NCBI RefSeq assembly: GCF_001194135.2 | Contig: NC_068982.1 | Location: 61,498,867 to 61,562,866 of the forward strand | Direction: 5' to 3' | Length of the DNA stretch: 64,000 bases | Source: Octopus bimaculoides | Taxonomy: Eukaryota | Shown here: one piece after another, positions 52,053-64,000 of the stretch | Layout: the number at the start of each line of letters is the position of its first letter | Position numbering within the stretch: the stretch's first letter is position 1 | Position numbers and translations under genes: made by a program | Notes under the pieces: model-generated | What the model was told of the DNA's origin: nothing | The model's input: only the letters and a program-made list of their open reading frames with translations | Database searches by the model: none

Positions 52053-52170
52053 TCTCTCCAGCAGACGACCCGCAAGGACTTGTGGACCAACTAGCTGTAA
52101 TCATTGCGCAGTGTGGCCCAGAAATGGAAAAAAAAATCTTGGCTGAAAATAAAGAAAATCCTTCTTATTG
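52053..52170 (+). CDS. SUGP1: SUGP1 coding exon 6 (SURP domain, first part)
   Basis: VSPADDPQGLVDQLAVIIAQCGPEMEKKILAENKENPSY(W), cf. human VSPPE...[29 protein letters not shown]; acceptor is atypical (alternatively at 52043); donor tg|gtaaga. Confidence 0.88.
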
Positions 52171-52424
52171 GTAAGATATTTGGTATGTTCTGATACTTTG
52201 TAAAACAACTAAGCATTTATATGTGTGTGGATGTTTACCGTTAACAATCTCCCAAAAGAATCTAGATAAAGCATTTATGCCAACAACTCTTCAATCTATG
52301 CCTGATGAAAATGATGTATTATTGATAAGGATATAATAAAATTGACTGATTTTGTTTTCTTTAATTACATTTAGAATTGTTATTGTTGTAATTTTAGTTT
52401 TTTTTTTTAATTTTCCCATTCAAG

Positions 52425-52546
52425 GTTTTTGTATGATACTGAATGTTCACTGCACAAAAAAATGTGGCTGAAAATTGAAGAATTGCGTAGTTTAAAAAAC
52501 ACAGAAGACACACAGATGACTTCTACAGTAAATACTGGTGATAATG
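52425..52546 (+). CDS. SUGP1: SUGP1 coding exon 7 (end of SURP domain)
   Basis: ttcccattcaag| (W)FLYDTECSLHKKMWLKIEELR... |gtaagc; phase 2 to 1. Confidence 0.88.
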
Positions 52547-52978
52547 GTAAGCAAAGTTTGGAGAAATTTTTTTTATATTTCATTTACGATAATTTAAAAT
52601 AGTTGTATGTCTACTTTTCACAGTGAACACACACACACAAATGAAATGTAAAACTGCTGTGAATCAAGAGGTAAACTAAAGGAGAGATATTGTACTTTGA
52701 AGCTTTTTTTATTAGTTTGTCTGTTTTTTTTTAATGTATATCATTGAATATTAATCTAAAATATCAGTTGAAACTTTGTGCAAGTATTTAGCTTACAACA
52801 TAGTTGTTTAAAAATTTTAGAGTTAAGAATTTGTTTCTGATTTTACTCGTATTTTTAATATAAGTGAAGTATAGCCAAATTGTTAAGAAATTCATTTCTC
52901 AACCATGAGGTACTGGATTCAATTCCATTGCATGGCATCTTGGTGGATTGTGTCTATATTTTAAAAAGTACAGCCTTG

Positions 52979-53014
<36 letters not shown>

Positions 53015-54170
53015 ATACTGTCTCTGCCTGAGAATTAAGGTTGTATGCGTCAATGGAATGAATGCTCAGCCACGTAACAAATGAATTCAGGAGCAGGTAA
53101 TTCAGTTGATCGAACAATTGAATCCACATTCTCAAAACTCTGAAATCTACTTACCAGCATTAAATATAAATATATTTCCTTGTACAAAACATCTGACATT
53201 AAAAAATTCCTAAGTTTACAAAGTAGTCCTAAAGTGCCAAGTTAATGTTTTAAATCTGTTTATATTTCTTGTAAGAAACATTTGGAAGGAGTCTCCCAGA
53301 CCAACAGGGCCGTTGAACACTATATTGTCATATTGAAATAAGAAATGGGGTTTGTGTTACATGCAGTTATTTCCCTTGACCCTTTTGTTACCATATTTCT
53401 TTTGAAATATAGTTTCAATTTTAAAAGAATAATGAAAAACTTATTCAAATAACTGTCATTATTACACTGAAATTTTGGCAGAAGATTTTATTTAGATTAC
53501 TTTAAAACCAGAAGTTTGTGTCGTAGAAACAGGGGCGCTTTCAGGCAGGTTGGTAATAAAATAGAGTTAAGCATGGCTGTGTTTAAAAGAAGTTTGCTTC
53601 ACAACCATGTGGTTCCAGGGTCAATCCCATTGTGCAGGATTGCGATGAATTATGTTCTATCATATTCCTTTTTACTATATCTCATAATCTTTGGAATTTC
53701 CAAATGTTAAATTCTGTCAGTGTAATATCAGTTTATTACTCACAATTTAAGTTTATTTTCACAACTGTCTCATTTATATAGTCATCATACACCTTAATTC
53801 TTTAAACAGAAATTTAATTTACAAGCCATAATAATACCAGATTTGAACAATTACTTTTACTTTGTAAGGTCTGTGGATGGAAGTAGTTTACAATCCATTT
53901 GAAGATTGCTTCTGAATACTCCTTTTGCACTTCATACAATTAAAAGAAAAAAGATAGAAAATATCACTCAGAACAAGATTGTATACATTTCTTTATGCCT
54001 TTTATTAGGTGTTAAATGATGGAAGGCTGTATAAAATGAAATTATTGCTTCTTGTGACATCATTTTGTATTTGGGGGGGGGGGGCGGTTCAATTATATTA
54101 ATAGTCTGTGTAAGGAAAGAAAAAAAAAATAGTAATCTCAGTATTGATATAATTATATTTTTGTGTTTAG

Positions 54171-54362
54171 CAGAAGGTAAATGTGGGCGCAGGAAACGGC
54201 GAAGTCGGTGGGGTCCCCATGAAGAATTCTGTCCTCTTCCATCTGACCTTTTAGACCCTAGTAGTATTCCTGCTGGCTCTAGAACAAATGCAGTTCCCTG
54301 CCCTGTTGCTGTTCAACCATTACCAATGACATCAACTGCAGCTACTGCGTCTCGACCACCTG
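54171..54362 (+). CDS. SUGP1: SUGP1 coding exon 8 (UHM-ligand motif)
   Basis: RRKRRSRWGPHEE, cf. human KRKRKSRWGPEE; tttag|cag tandem acceptor; |gtaaga. Confidence 0.92.
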
Positions 54363-56273
54363 GTAAGAAATCTTTTGTTAATCTACATAATTTCTATTTA
54401 TCTCTATACCTATCACATCACAGTGTCCATCTGCCTCCTGTAGGGCCCATTGGGAGGGTGGTTTAATTAACACAAAAGGCTTGCTTTTTCTTTTTTCCAG
54501 ATTTTAATTAATTCTAAGCCTAGCTTACTACTCATTCATCTTGCACCTTTTCCCCCTCCTCACTTTGTATCCTTTATGCCTCCTGTCTCTTTGTCACTTG
54601 TAGTCTCCCCCCCCCCTCCACACACACACACCTTTTCTCCATCTAGATGGACCACCTCTTCATCATTCCACTTCTGACTCTTCTCTACATCATCGTTTAA
54701 CGTCCGCTTTCCATGCTAGCATGGGTTGGACGATTTGACTGAGGACTGGTGAACCGGATGGCTACACCAGGCTCCAGTCTGATTTGGCAGAGTTTCTTCA
54801 GCTGGATGCCCTTCCTAACGTCAACCACTCCGAGAGTGTAGTGGGTGCTTTTACATGCCACCAGCACGAAGGCCAGTCAGGTGGTACTGGCAACGGCCAC
54901 ACTCAAAATGGTGTATTTTATGTGCCACCTGCACAGGAGCCAGTCCAGAAGATTCTGCTCTGAACCATCCCTCACCCCACCTACCCAGTAAACTCTAGCT
55001 TCATCCTGCTGTATTACCAATCAGCACACTCTCTCTCTTGGGTTATCCCACCAGCCATTCTTTCTTTCATTGATCTCATTGCATTCATCCATTTCTCTCA
55101 CCATCCGCCCCCTCCCCCACATCAGGGATACTTTCTCTGCATTTACACTGCACTTCCCACTTCTATGCTACCCTCCAGCTTCTCCCTCTTTGCTTTCATT
55201 GCACTCTCTATCTTGTTTCTTTATTGCCCACAAGGGGCTAAACATAGAGGGGACAAACAAGGACAGACAAAGGGATTAAGTTGATTACATCGACCCCAGC
55301 GCGTAATTGCTACTTAATTTATCGACCCCGAAAGGATGAAAGGCAAAGTTGACCTCGGCGGAATTTGAACTCAGAACGCTAAGTATTTCGTCCAGCGTGC
55401 TAACGTTTCTGCCAGCTCGCCGCCTTTCTATCGCTGCACTCTTTATCTTGTCCCCCTCTGGCCTTCTCTCATACTTTACACAAACCCTTCACAGGCTGTC
55501 CAAATTCCTTGCTACCCTTGTCTATTTTCTCTTGTTCTTTTACCCATTACATATTTTTGTTCATATTTGCTTTTATAATGTAGGATTTCCCTGCCCCTCA
55601 GCCCTACCTTATCACCTTTCCACTCTGTCCTCTCTTTTCTCCCTACATCCTGATACTAATCTTCTTCCTTCCCCAATAGTGAATCCTCTGTTACTCTCTC
55701 TCTTCTACCGCTCACTCAAAGCTATAAATCTGTTCCTGTCATTTTACATTACTCTTTTTTTCCTTCAGTTATAGAGGCTACACCAGCCTCTTAGTCTTGC
55801 AAGTTACAAGGTAACCTCAGTGATGCTGGCATCACAAAACAAAGACAAACTAGTCTATAAAGTGGTTGGTGCTAGAATGGGCATCCAGCCGTAGAAACAC
55901 TGCTAAAGCAGACACTGGAGAACAGTGACTGCTTGGATCCTGTCAAACCATCCATCCCATGTGAACATTGGTTTCCTTATTGGTTTATGTCAGCAGTGTT
56001 GTACTTGATGTTTAGCATCAGGTCTGCTCTGATGTGGGTTGTTTTGAATCTCTTCTCCAGCAAATTGAGCAATTGCATAGACGATCTTTCATTGGCTCAG
56101 TACCAGACAATTAGCTAAAAGTTGTGTATATTGAAATCATTAAAGACATGGAATTTAAAGAGCAGTAGGCTGAGATACCTATACACAGGATGGGAGAGTA
56201 TTGATGGTTAGATGAGTTTAAAGAGCAGTGGAGATAGCTAATGAATGTTATATATTTCTTCTTTATCTTTTAG

Positions 56274-56362
56274 TTGTGACAATTCAAGATTTTGCCCGCA
56301 AGATGGTTGGCAGTGATTCGCTTTCTGATGACCAGTTAAAACAGATTAAAGAACAGAGAGAG
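56274..56362 (+). CDS. SUGP1: SUGP1 coding exon 9
   Basis: VVTIQDFARKMVGSDSLSDDQLKQIKEQRE, cf. human [20 protein letters not shown]; phase 1 to 0. Confidence 0.92.
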
Positions 56363-58639
56363 GTAAGTTTTCTGTTATACCCTTTGAATTGTAGATAATG
56401 TAATTACTGTTTGCACATCAGGTTTCTTATAGGCATTGCTTGTTTTAAAATTAATGTTTTAATACTTATTAAAACTTAAAGCATTTTATATTGAGAATAT
56501 TAACTGTGAAGAGAAAACATTTTGTTTTTAAAACTGGAATTATTGAAATAGTTTTTATTTCTGCTGTTTGAATTGGCCTCAATTAGGAAAAAAATTACAC
56601 TTCCATGATTTTATTGAATATTCACCAAGTTTATGAAACCTCATTACCTAAACACCTTTCAAGACTTTGTAATAGTTTGTCATTTTTTAAAAATAGTGTT
56701 ACAGCCCAGTTCAAACTTGCAAAGCATAAGTTCCCAAATTAGACTACATTGCATTTTCATCTGAATGCATTTCAACTCACATACATACTGAAGCAATGTA
56801 CAGTGTGTCAATACTCCAACTACCACTACACTGCCAACCCCCAGTGTGTACCTTCCATGGCTTCATCTACTTGGTCACATGATATGCACTCCACAAACTA
56901 GCATGTATGCAAATATTGCAAAACTTTTGACTCACCTCAAAATCAGGCCTGTCCATCAGTTGTACTTGTTATCAGTAATACTCTAGTACTTTTCATAGTT
57001 AGTCATTTCCTCATCTAAGCTATGTATAGACTGCAGCATGTGTTGAATATGCAATAGGATCTTTAAAGACAGATGTGTACCAGGCATCCATTTTTACAGA
57101 GAAAATCTCTTTGTCATCAATAATTTTCTAAACTTACAATCACTTTATACAGTAGGTTAATGATGGCAAACTACGACACGTGTCAACAGTGATTTGTTAT
57201 TGATTTTTAGGTGACACAATGGACTTTAAGAGAAAAATAACCTTCCTGCAGCATCATATTGTTCATAGCTTATATGCATTAACCTAAATCAAAAGAACAT
57301 GTATACATATAAGTGACACTCTAGTGAGATAAATTTTCAAGAAATTAAAATATCGGCATGTCAGGCCAGAAAAGGTGTACCACCGTATTATTAATGATTA
57401 ATTACTAATTTAGTTGCAAAGGTAAACAATTGCATTATTTAAAAATGTTAATCATCAATTTAATGTCCACTTTTCCATGCTCACATGGAAATTTATTGAG
57501 GTAGATTTTCTACAGCCAGATAGCCTTACTGTTGCCAATCCTCATCTGCTTCCAAGCAAAGTAATATTTTCTTATGGCCAGACATGTTTTCACAGAATAT
57601 TGGAGATGACTGACACTACATGTTTGACAGTGACACTAATTCGATGTCAAGACAAGGAGAAACAAACATTCACACACACACATACACATTGCACAGGATT
57701 CTTTCAGTTTTCGTCTACCAAATCCACACTGATGGCTTTGGTTTTAGGTTTCTGTAAATTCCTTCTTTAAACTAGTATTAGACTTTTTTAGTGCCTTTTG
57801 CAAACCTAGTGTTGATTTTGATCATCTCTAGATCTCGATCTCTCTCCAAAATCTTTTCTACAACCCTTTAGCTGTGTTGCTTTCCTATTTTCAGTAAAAA
57901 TGGTGTATTTATTAATATACAAGCTTCTATGATTGTTAATTCTGAATATCTTCATAATGGTTTCGAGGACGTTAGGGAAACAATGCAATTATTTAATTTT
58001 AAAATCTTCATTGGCTATATTGCCACTCTTGATTGTATTTTTACCTTCTGCCCCTCGTATTGCCTGAATAACTTTCACTTGGAACTATAGAGTGTAAGAT
58101 ACTTAGGAACCCATCTCTTTAAGAAATGCAGTGTTATGGTGCTTATTGTGTTCCATAAACTTGCCAACTCTCACTCACCATAAATATATTCATATTTTTA
58201 TACCTGATAGTGATAGCCTTCTGAGTGAGGCATCAAGTCCCCAAAGTAACCAAAATGAGATGGTCATGGCTGGAACACTTATGGTCATTTCTCAAAGCTG
58301 ACCCAGGCTAACCAACTACAGCAGTCACCGCCGTTTATCCATTTTGTCTTTATTCTATATTAGATTGGTTGTAACTCTTTCCACCAACTTTTAACTTTCC
58401 CTTCTATGTTTACTACTTTTATCTATATATCCACGGAAGCAAGTGATTAGTGCTACTGCTAACCATTTTGATGTTTTATGTAAGTGTTTGTAGGACATTG
58501 GTTTATGAAATTTTTTTTTAATGAATCCCTGGCAAAAAATTTTGTCTCAGTGGCATGTGTCAAGTATGAGTGAAGGCCAGTACTGTCTGTATTAGTGTGC
58601 GTGCAAGTGTGCAAATAAGGATCACTATTGTATTGAAAA

Positions 58640-59340
58640 AAAAAGAGTGCATGAGTCAAATAAACTCTGATGAACCCCTGAATAGGAGCTAGAGACCCTA
58701 TGGATGCTGAAAGGAGTGTTAAAGAGTGTTTTGTAATATGTATGGTTAAAAATTCTTCTCATGTCAAGGGCAATAACTTTGCTTTTACTAATGATCTCAG
58801 TGACAAGAAATTGTTGGTGATGAAAACCATTCTCTTGTTGATCTGGTTCTACAGAAACAACTGCTGAGTAGCGAGAAGAGCCTACTGTGATATAGGAGTT
58901 TGTTGTTTTAAATAGTTCCTTCTAAAGATAGTAGGGTGTAGTTAAAGGGAGATATGTTCCTATTTTCAGCAGCTGTTTTTTTTATCTTTTTCTTGATTTA
59001 TTTGGCTGCTTTACTACCTCATTATCCACTGCCTGAATGTATTTTTCCTCCAACTTCTTGATGACTTTATTATCTTTTAATGACCAGCTATTTGTTCTGC
59101 TATTAAATGTACACATCCTCTACATCGTCACACACCTAAGCTCTTACTTTTCTTATCTAAAATGAGCAATCTGTTTCATGGAGTCATTTTGTATTCTTTC
59201 CTATGGTAAGCAGTTAGTTTAGCAGACAATGCAGTCGTTTGTAACCTACGACATCAGAAGCTTTCCTCAAACCTGATTTCTTTTGCCAAAGCCATAGCTC
59301 CATGCACATTTATATAAGTGTTTCTGTGTTGAGTGATATA
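58640..59340 (-). mobile_element. Degenerate CR1/L2-like LINE RT fragment
   Basis: minus strand reads ...ISPFNYTLLSLEG...TQQxFCRTRST, resembling RT 'YRPISL...QHGFRxGRST' with stops and frameshifts. Confidence 0.4.
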
Positions 59341-60114
59341 AGTATTAAATTTTGCTTCTTATAATAGTTTCTTTCTTATCTATTTTTAGAGGTTCTTCAT
59401 CAAATGTTCACAGAATAGATTTTTCCCTTAATTTACGTATCATATTTACATAGTGTACAGTATTTCCTATATTCTATCTCTTCTGTCTGCTAGTTAACCC
59501 TTTAGCATTTAAGCTGGCCATATCTGGCCCAAATATTCTACCTTGTCTTATGTTCAAACTGGCCAGATCCAGCCTCTCACACATACCCTACAATGTCATT
59601 CTAAAAATAATCACATTGAAATCTTGAAGCTATGAGATTAATTCAAAACAGCATGAATAAATAAGCATTCCATTTGATAGAGTAATCTGAATACTAAAGG
59701 GTTTACCTACCCAAAAGAATTTATATTTAAGTTCCCTCTCCCCTCTACTATGCAATTTTACTGATGCATGTTTTAATCTCACTTTAGTGTTCATTTTCTA
59801 CAGAGTATTTCTTGAATTATAAAGTGCCTACTACCTCAACTTGACTTCCTCTCATTAATGTAAGTTAATCTAATTGATTGAAGTGGAAAATAATGATCTT
59901 CATGAAATAATTGTATTAAGGTACACTGACCCTCTGCGTTATTAGCATAGTTCATACCAGATTGATTTATATAGTTATCAGTACTAGTTAACCTCCAACT
60001 TTTTTTAATTTTTATGCTAGCACAGGTTAGACAGTTTGACAAAGCAAGTACATTGGTTTTGATTGCTTCAAATAAGGTTAAGGAAAATGATTTTGATAAA
60101 CTTTGTTGACAATA

Positions 60115-60289
60115 GGCGCAGGAGTGGCTGTGTGGTAAGTAGCTTGCTTACCAACCACATGGTTCCGGGTTCAGTCCCACTGCGTGGCACCTTGGGCAAG
60201 TGTCTTCTACTATAGCCTCGGGCCAACCAAAGCCATGTGAGTGGATTTGGTAGACGGAAACTGAAAGAAGCCCGTTGTATATATGTGTG

Positions 60290-60336
<47 letters not shown>

Positions 60337-60337
60337 G

Positions 60338-60373
<36 letters not shown>

Positions 60374-60586
60374 TGTATGTGTGTCTGTGTGTGTGTTTGT
60401 CCCCCCAACATTACTTGACAACCGATGCTGGTGTGTATACGTCCCCATAACTTAGCGGTTCGGCAAAAAGAGACTGATAGAATAAGTACTAGGCTTACAA
60501 AGAATAAGTCTTGGGGTCGATTTTCTCGACTAAAGGCGGTGTTCCAGCATGGCCGCAGTCAAATGACTGAAACAAGTAAAAGAGTA
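60115..60586 (+). mobile_element. SINE family B, full length, with an expanded (TA)n core
   Basis: near-consensus head, body and tail. Confidence 0.9.
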
Positions 60587-63500
60587 ATAGTTGATGAATA
60601 GCTTAAGCTTTGTGTTTCACTGAACTCAGTGTCTGCCTTTCCATTGTATGGTTAAGAAGCTTGCTTTCAAACTGTATTTTCCTGTTTTGTTCTACTGTAT
60701 TGCACCTTGGGCAAGTAGTTTACACTATAATTTTGAGCAGACCATAGCTGTGTGTGTGCTGATCTAAGCCTTGTGAGTGGATTTGGTAGAAGGCAACTGA
60801 AAGAAGCCCACCGTGTGTGTGGTTGTTTCTGTTCTCCACCACCACTTGACAACCAGTGTTGGTGTGTTTACATCCCCATAACATAGCAGTTCAGCAAAAG
60901 AAACAATAGAATAAAATAAGTAGATGGCATTAAAAACTGTCCTGGTGTTTTGTTTGACCACAGTCAAATGAATGAGACAAGAAATACATGTAATGTGTGT
61001 GCACAAGATGATTGCAAACAAACATCACCATCATACAACCAGTGTTATTCAATTCTAGTCTTCCATGAAAAACACATGCGGCCATGGGGAAATATTACCT
61101 TGGTTTGTGAGGATCTATGCAAGTTTCATAGAATTAAGAACGAGGTTATTGAAAGAAACCACATGCATAAAATTAATTACTTATTGAAACCATTTCCTGA
61201 ATTATAATTTAAAATGCCCTTTTGTCCAGACTAGCAAATAAATTTTTAAAAAATACTTACTTTGGATTAAGGATTAAATATCCATTGTGGGAGAGATTAT
61301 TCGCGTAATGATGGGAAGTTTGTGTGGAAACTGAATTATAGGAAAGGCTTGCTTTCTTAAATTTGAGAACCTAGGACCTAAAGATAAAAGTTAAAGAAAT
61401 ATCAACATTAAATTGAATAGATATACAATTATTTTCTTGTGGAGAGAATTTCAAATGAGAAAAGAAATGAATCTGGAATTATATATTTGTGAAAGGGCGG
61501 GTAGAGAGGGAAGTGCTGCCTCCCAGCAATTTTGTTAAAAGGTAGGTGAATGTAGTACGAATGGCCTGAATGAACGGGTCTACTCAAAGCCAAGAGTAGA
61601 TGAGGTGGAGAGGACACTTGATCTAGAGGTCAGGGTGATTGTGGTTGTTGTGGGCTTTCCACAAGCAGCCCTTAGAAGTCTTCCTCTTTTGGGGATTTAT
61701 TTATAATTTTAATTGTTACTACCTTTTTACATGATTAAATCCCACTCTCTTGTGTTATGTTGTCTTGTGCCATCCCCAATTTCTTTATATAAATCCTCAG
61801 TGGTGAATAAAGTAAAGATTAATATTGAGTGAGAGAGCAGTACGTGCCATCAAAGTGACACTGGTAAAATATATGAAGCCCATCATGACTACCCGTCTGT
61901 TAAGGGTACACCAGGCACATGCATCACAACCATATGTGCGCGACATGGTGATCTCATATCAAGATAAACAGCAAATGACCTTGCAGGTGGGGCCCAATTA
62001 GAATTTTCTTCGAGCCGAATAGCCCATCCCGCTCAAAAGGTCCCTGAATAAGAGTTGTTTAAGGATGTTGAACAAAACACCAATGTTTCCAGAGGTGAAT
62101 TATTTAAACCCCAAAGAATTCCTCTCAACACATAACTATGATGTTCCCCCACTACTTCTGCTCATGCTCAGAGATGGACAAAGACAGCCACCAAGGGACA
62201 TGCTTAACTGCTTAAGATCAAACAACTGACCAGCAAATCTGTGGTATTAAGCAGAATATTTGCTGTAGCCCATCTTTTATACCAAGACAAAACATGTACA
62301 TGAAAACACTTCCAATCACTTAGGATCAGAAGCCATTAGAGCCTGGTATTATTATTGATTTTATTTTCGTTTACGATTCTGTTCACAAACAAGTACATAG
62401 TTTTATTCATTAATGTTAAAAAAAAACTCTTAGCATTATTTCCTACAAATATTTTATTATTTCACATTTTAGATTTTATACTCTGTGTGTACTGATGTAA
62501 ATAAAACAATAACTTTTAATTTACATCCATGAAGTGAATTGAGATTAATGTGAAAAGATTCAGAGAAGGTGTAAATTTATTACCAACTTTACTTTTGGTA
62601 TTACTGAATAATGAATGGATGTTTTTAAAGATGAAGCACAACTGCTGCAAGTTTTAGATGCTAAGCTATTGACCATTTAGCCATCAGCTTGAATCAAGGC
62701 ATCTAACTCTCTTCTGCTTTACCTGATTTAACAAAAAACAAATTCCTTTCTTACATCATAGTTGATTGCTTAGTCAAGCTTGGACGAATGGGTGGAACAT
62801 AGTAACTAAATCTGATATTATTTTTCAGTAAACATTGCTTTTTCAAAAGCATGAAACTGAAGTTCTCCACAATACTGTGTTTTGGATAATTTGAGTTATT
62901 AGTTCAAAGAGAAGGAAGAGTAGCAGTATGGGGTAATATGCTGCAGCACCATGTCACTGCATCCACTATTTGTTGGTGATTTTCTTCTGGTGAATGACAC
63001 CACTGCATCTCATAACCCATGGGTTTGTTTGGGTAGTCATTGCTGGTGTTGGTTTTACAAGGTCAGAGTACATATCCTGACTCAACCTCGTTTAGTCACC
63101 GTTTGCAACACACAAGGAAAAGTTGGGTCTATTCTTTGTCATGCTGATCCCCCACATTGTTTTATTTTAATTTGCCACATAAATGTTTTGTTGAATTTTA
63201 TGCAGAGAAATTTGTAGAATTTTGTATAAGATTTATAGCTATTTGAGTGTTCATTTTTACAATTGTTTATGGATCTACTTTATTAGTTAATAGAGATAAG
63301 CTTAGCTAGGAAAGTCTGAAAATATTGATCTTTAGTCTTTGTTCTCAGACAAAATTATGACAAAAGTTATTTCAGGACTAAGGAAATGAGATAAATGTTG
63401 GTGCTGTTTAATTTGTATGTAATTAATTTCAGCTATATTCAGTTAGGTTGCAGAATTCATTTTAATGATAAAAAATGATACAAACTAAGAAGCCAACCAT

Positions 63501-63912
63501 GGATAATTTTGTTGTTGGATATAATCTTCTATGCATAGATTAGCTCTTAAAGGCATCCATAAGTGACAGTCTTTTTATGAGAGTGATGATGATCAAAGAA
63601 CTTAGTATTGACTTTTTATATACACTAATAAACACATCAGAATCAGGGCCAACTGTTTTGCTTATAGGAACAAATAGAAGAGCATAGGTTTATCTGCAAT
63701 ACTTCAACAATTCTTGTCACTCACATGTCGTCTTTCAAGACCCACCAAAGCACATCTTTTTAGCAGATGATTGCTTTGAGGATTTATATATATATATGAG
63801 ATTGATGCTTCAAATGGAGACCCATAAGTGAATTATTAGTTACCATTTAGTTATTGTGTAATTTTTGTTATTTTGTACATTATAAAATCATTCCCATTCT
63901 ATCAAACTATAG

Positions 63913-64000
63913 CTTAACATGATGTATGAGCTAATTCTAGCTCAGAAGAAAGCCAAGGAAGCAGCAGTGATGGCAGAGGCAGCTGGTATTGCTCTAAATC
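63913..64000 (+). CDS. SUGP1: SUGP1 coding exon 10 (truncated by the window end; G-patch expected downstream)
   Basis: caaactatag| LNMMYELILAQKKAKEAAVMAEAAGIALN, cf. human MQQMYDMIMQHKRA; phase 0. Confidence 0.88.

Noticed and set aside
60068-60455. ORFs rich in YI/HI repeats (also 32699-32908, 33217-33568, 45869-46102)
   Set aside because: They are SINE family B bodies with (TA)/(TG) cores.
62900-63200. 88-aa ORF at 62951-63217
   Set aside because: The opposite strand resembles a decayed Tc1-like transposase fragment; it is intronic with no splice support.

Overview
Eukaryotic, AT-rich, repeat-dense genomic DNA, most consistent with an octopus (cephalopod) assembly, judged from SINE families I recognise by eye and the abundant microsatellites; there are two N gaps. 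Two spliced + strand genes were reconstructed by hand with consistent exon phases. (1) The last six coding exons of a FAST-kinase-domain (FASTKD family) mitochondrial RNA-binding protein with a C-terminal RAP domain (1004-10939). (2) The first ten coding exons of the splicing factor SUGP1/SF4 (40731 to beyond 64000), whose candidate promoter and 5' UTR exons lie in a CpG-rich block at about 29-31.6 kb. Most of the rest is transposon-derived: SINEs, RTE/RLE/CR1-type LINE fragments, two mariner elements, a pogo relic, piggyBac-type MITEs, a Helitron and long palindromes. The notable observations are: a complete type I hammerhead ribozyme fold in an inverted (Penelope-like) repeat at 24.3-24.6 kb, with a mirror copy cut by an assembly gap; a SURP-exon 3' splice site lacking a polypyrimidine tract, with upstream PTC-generating acceptors (possible autoregulatory sensor); a multi-exon uORF with a 12-nt microexon ahead of SUGP1; and a Ser2-phosphomimic CTD-like heptad in SUGP1. 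No database searches or folding programs were run, and names rest on motif recognition.
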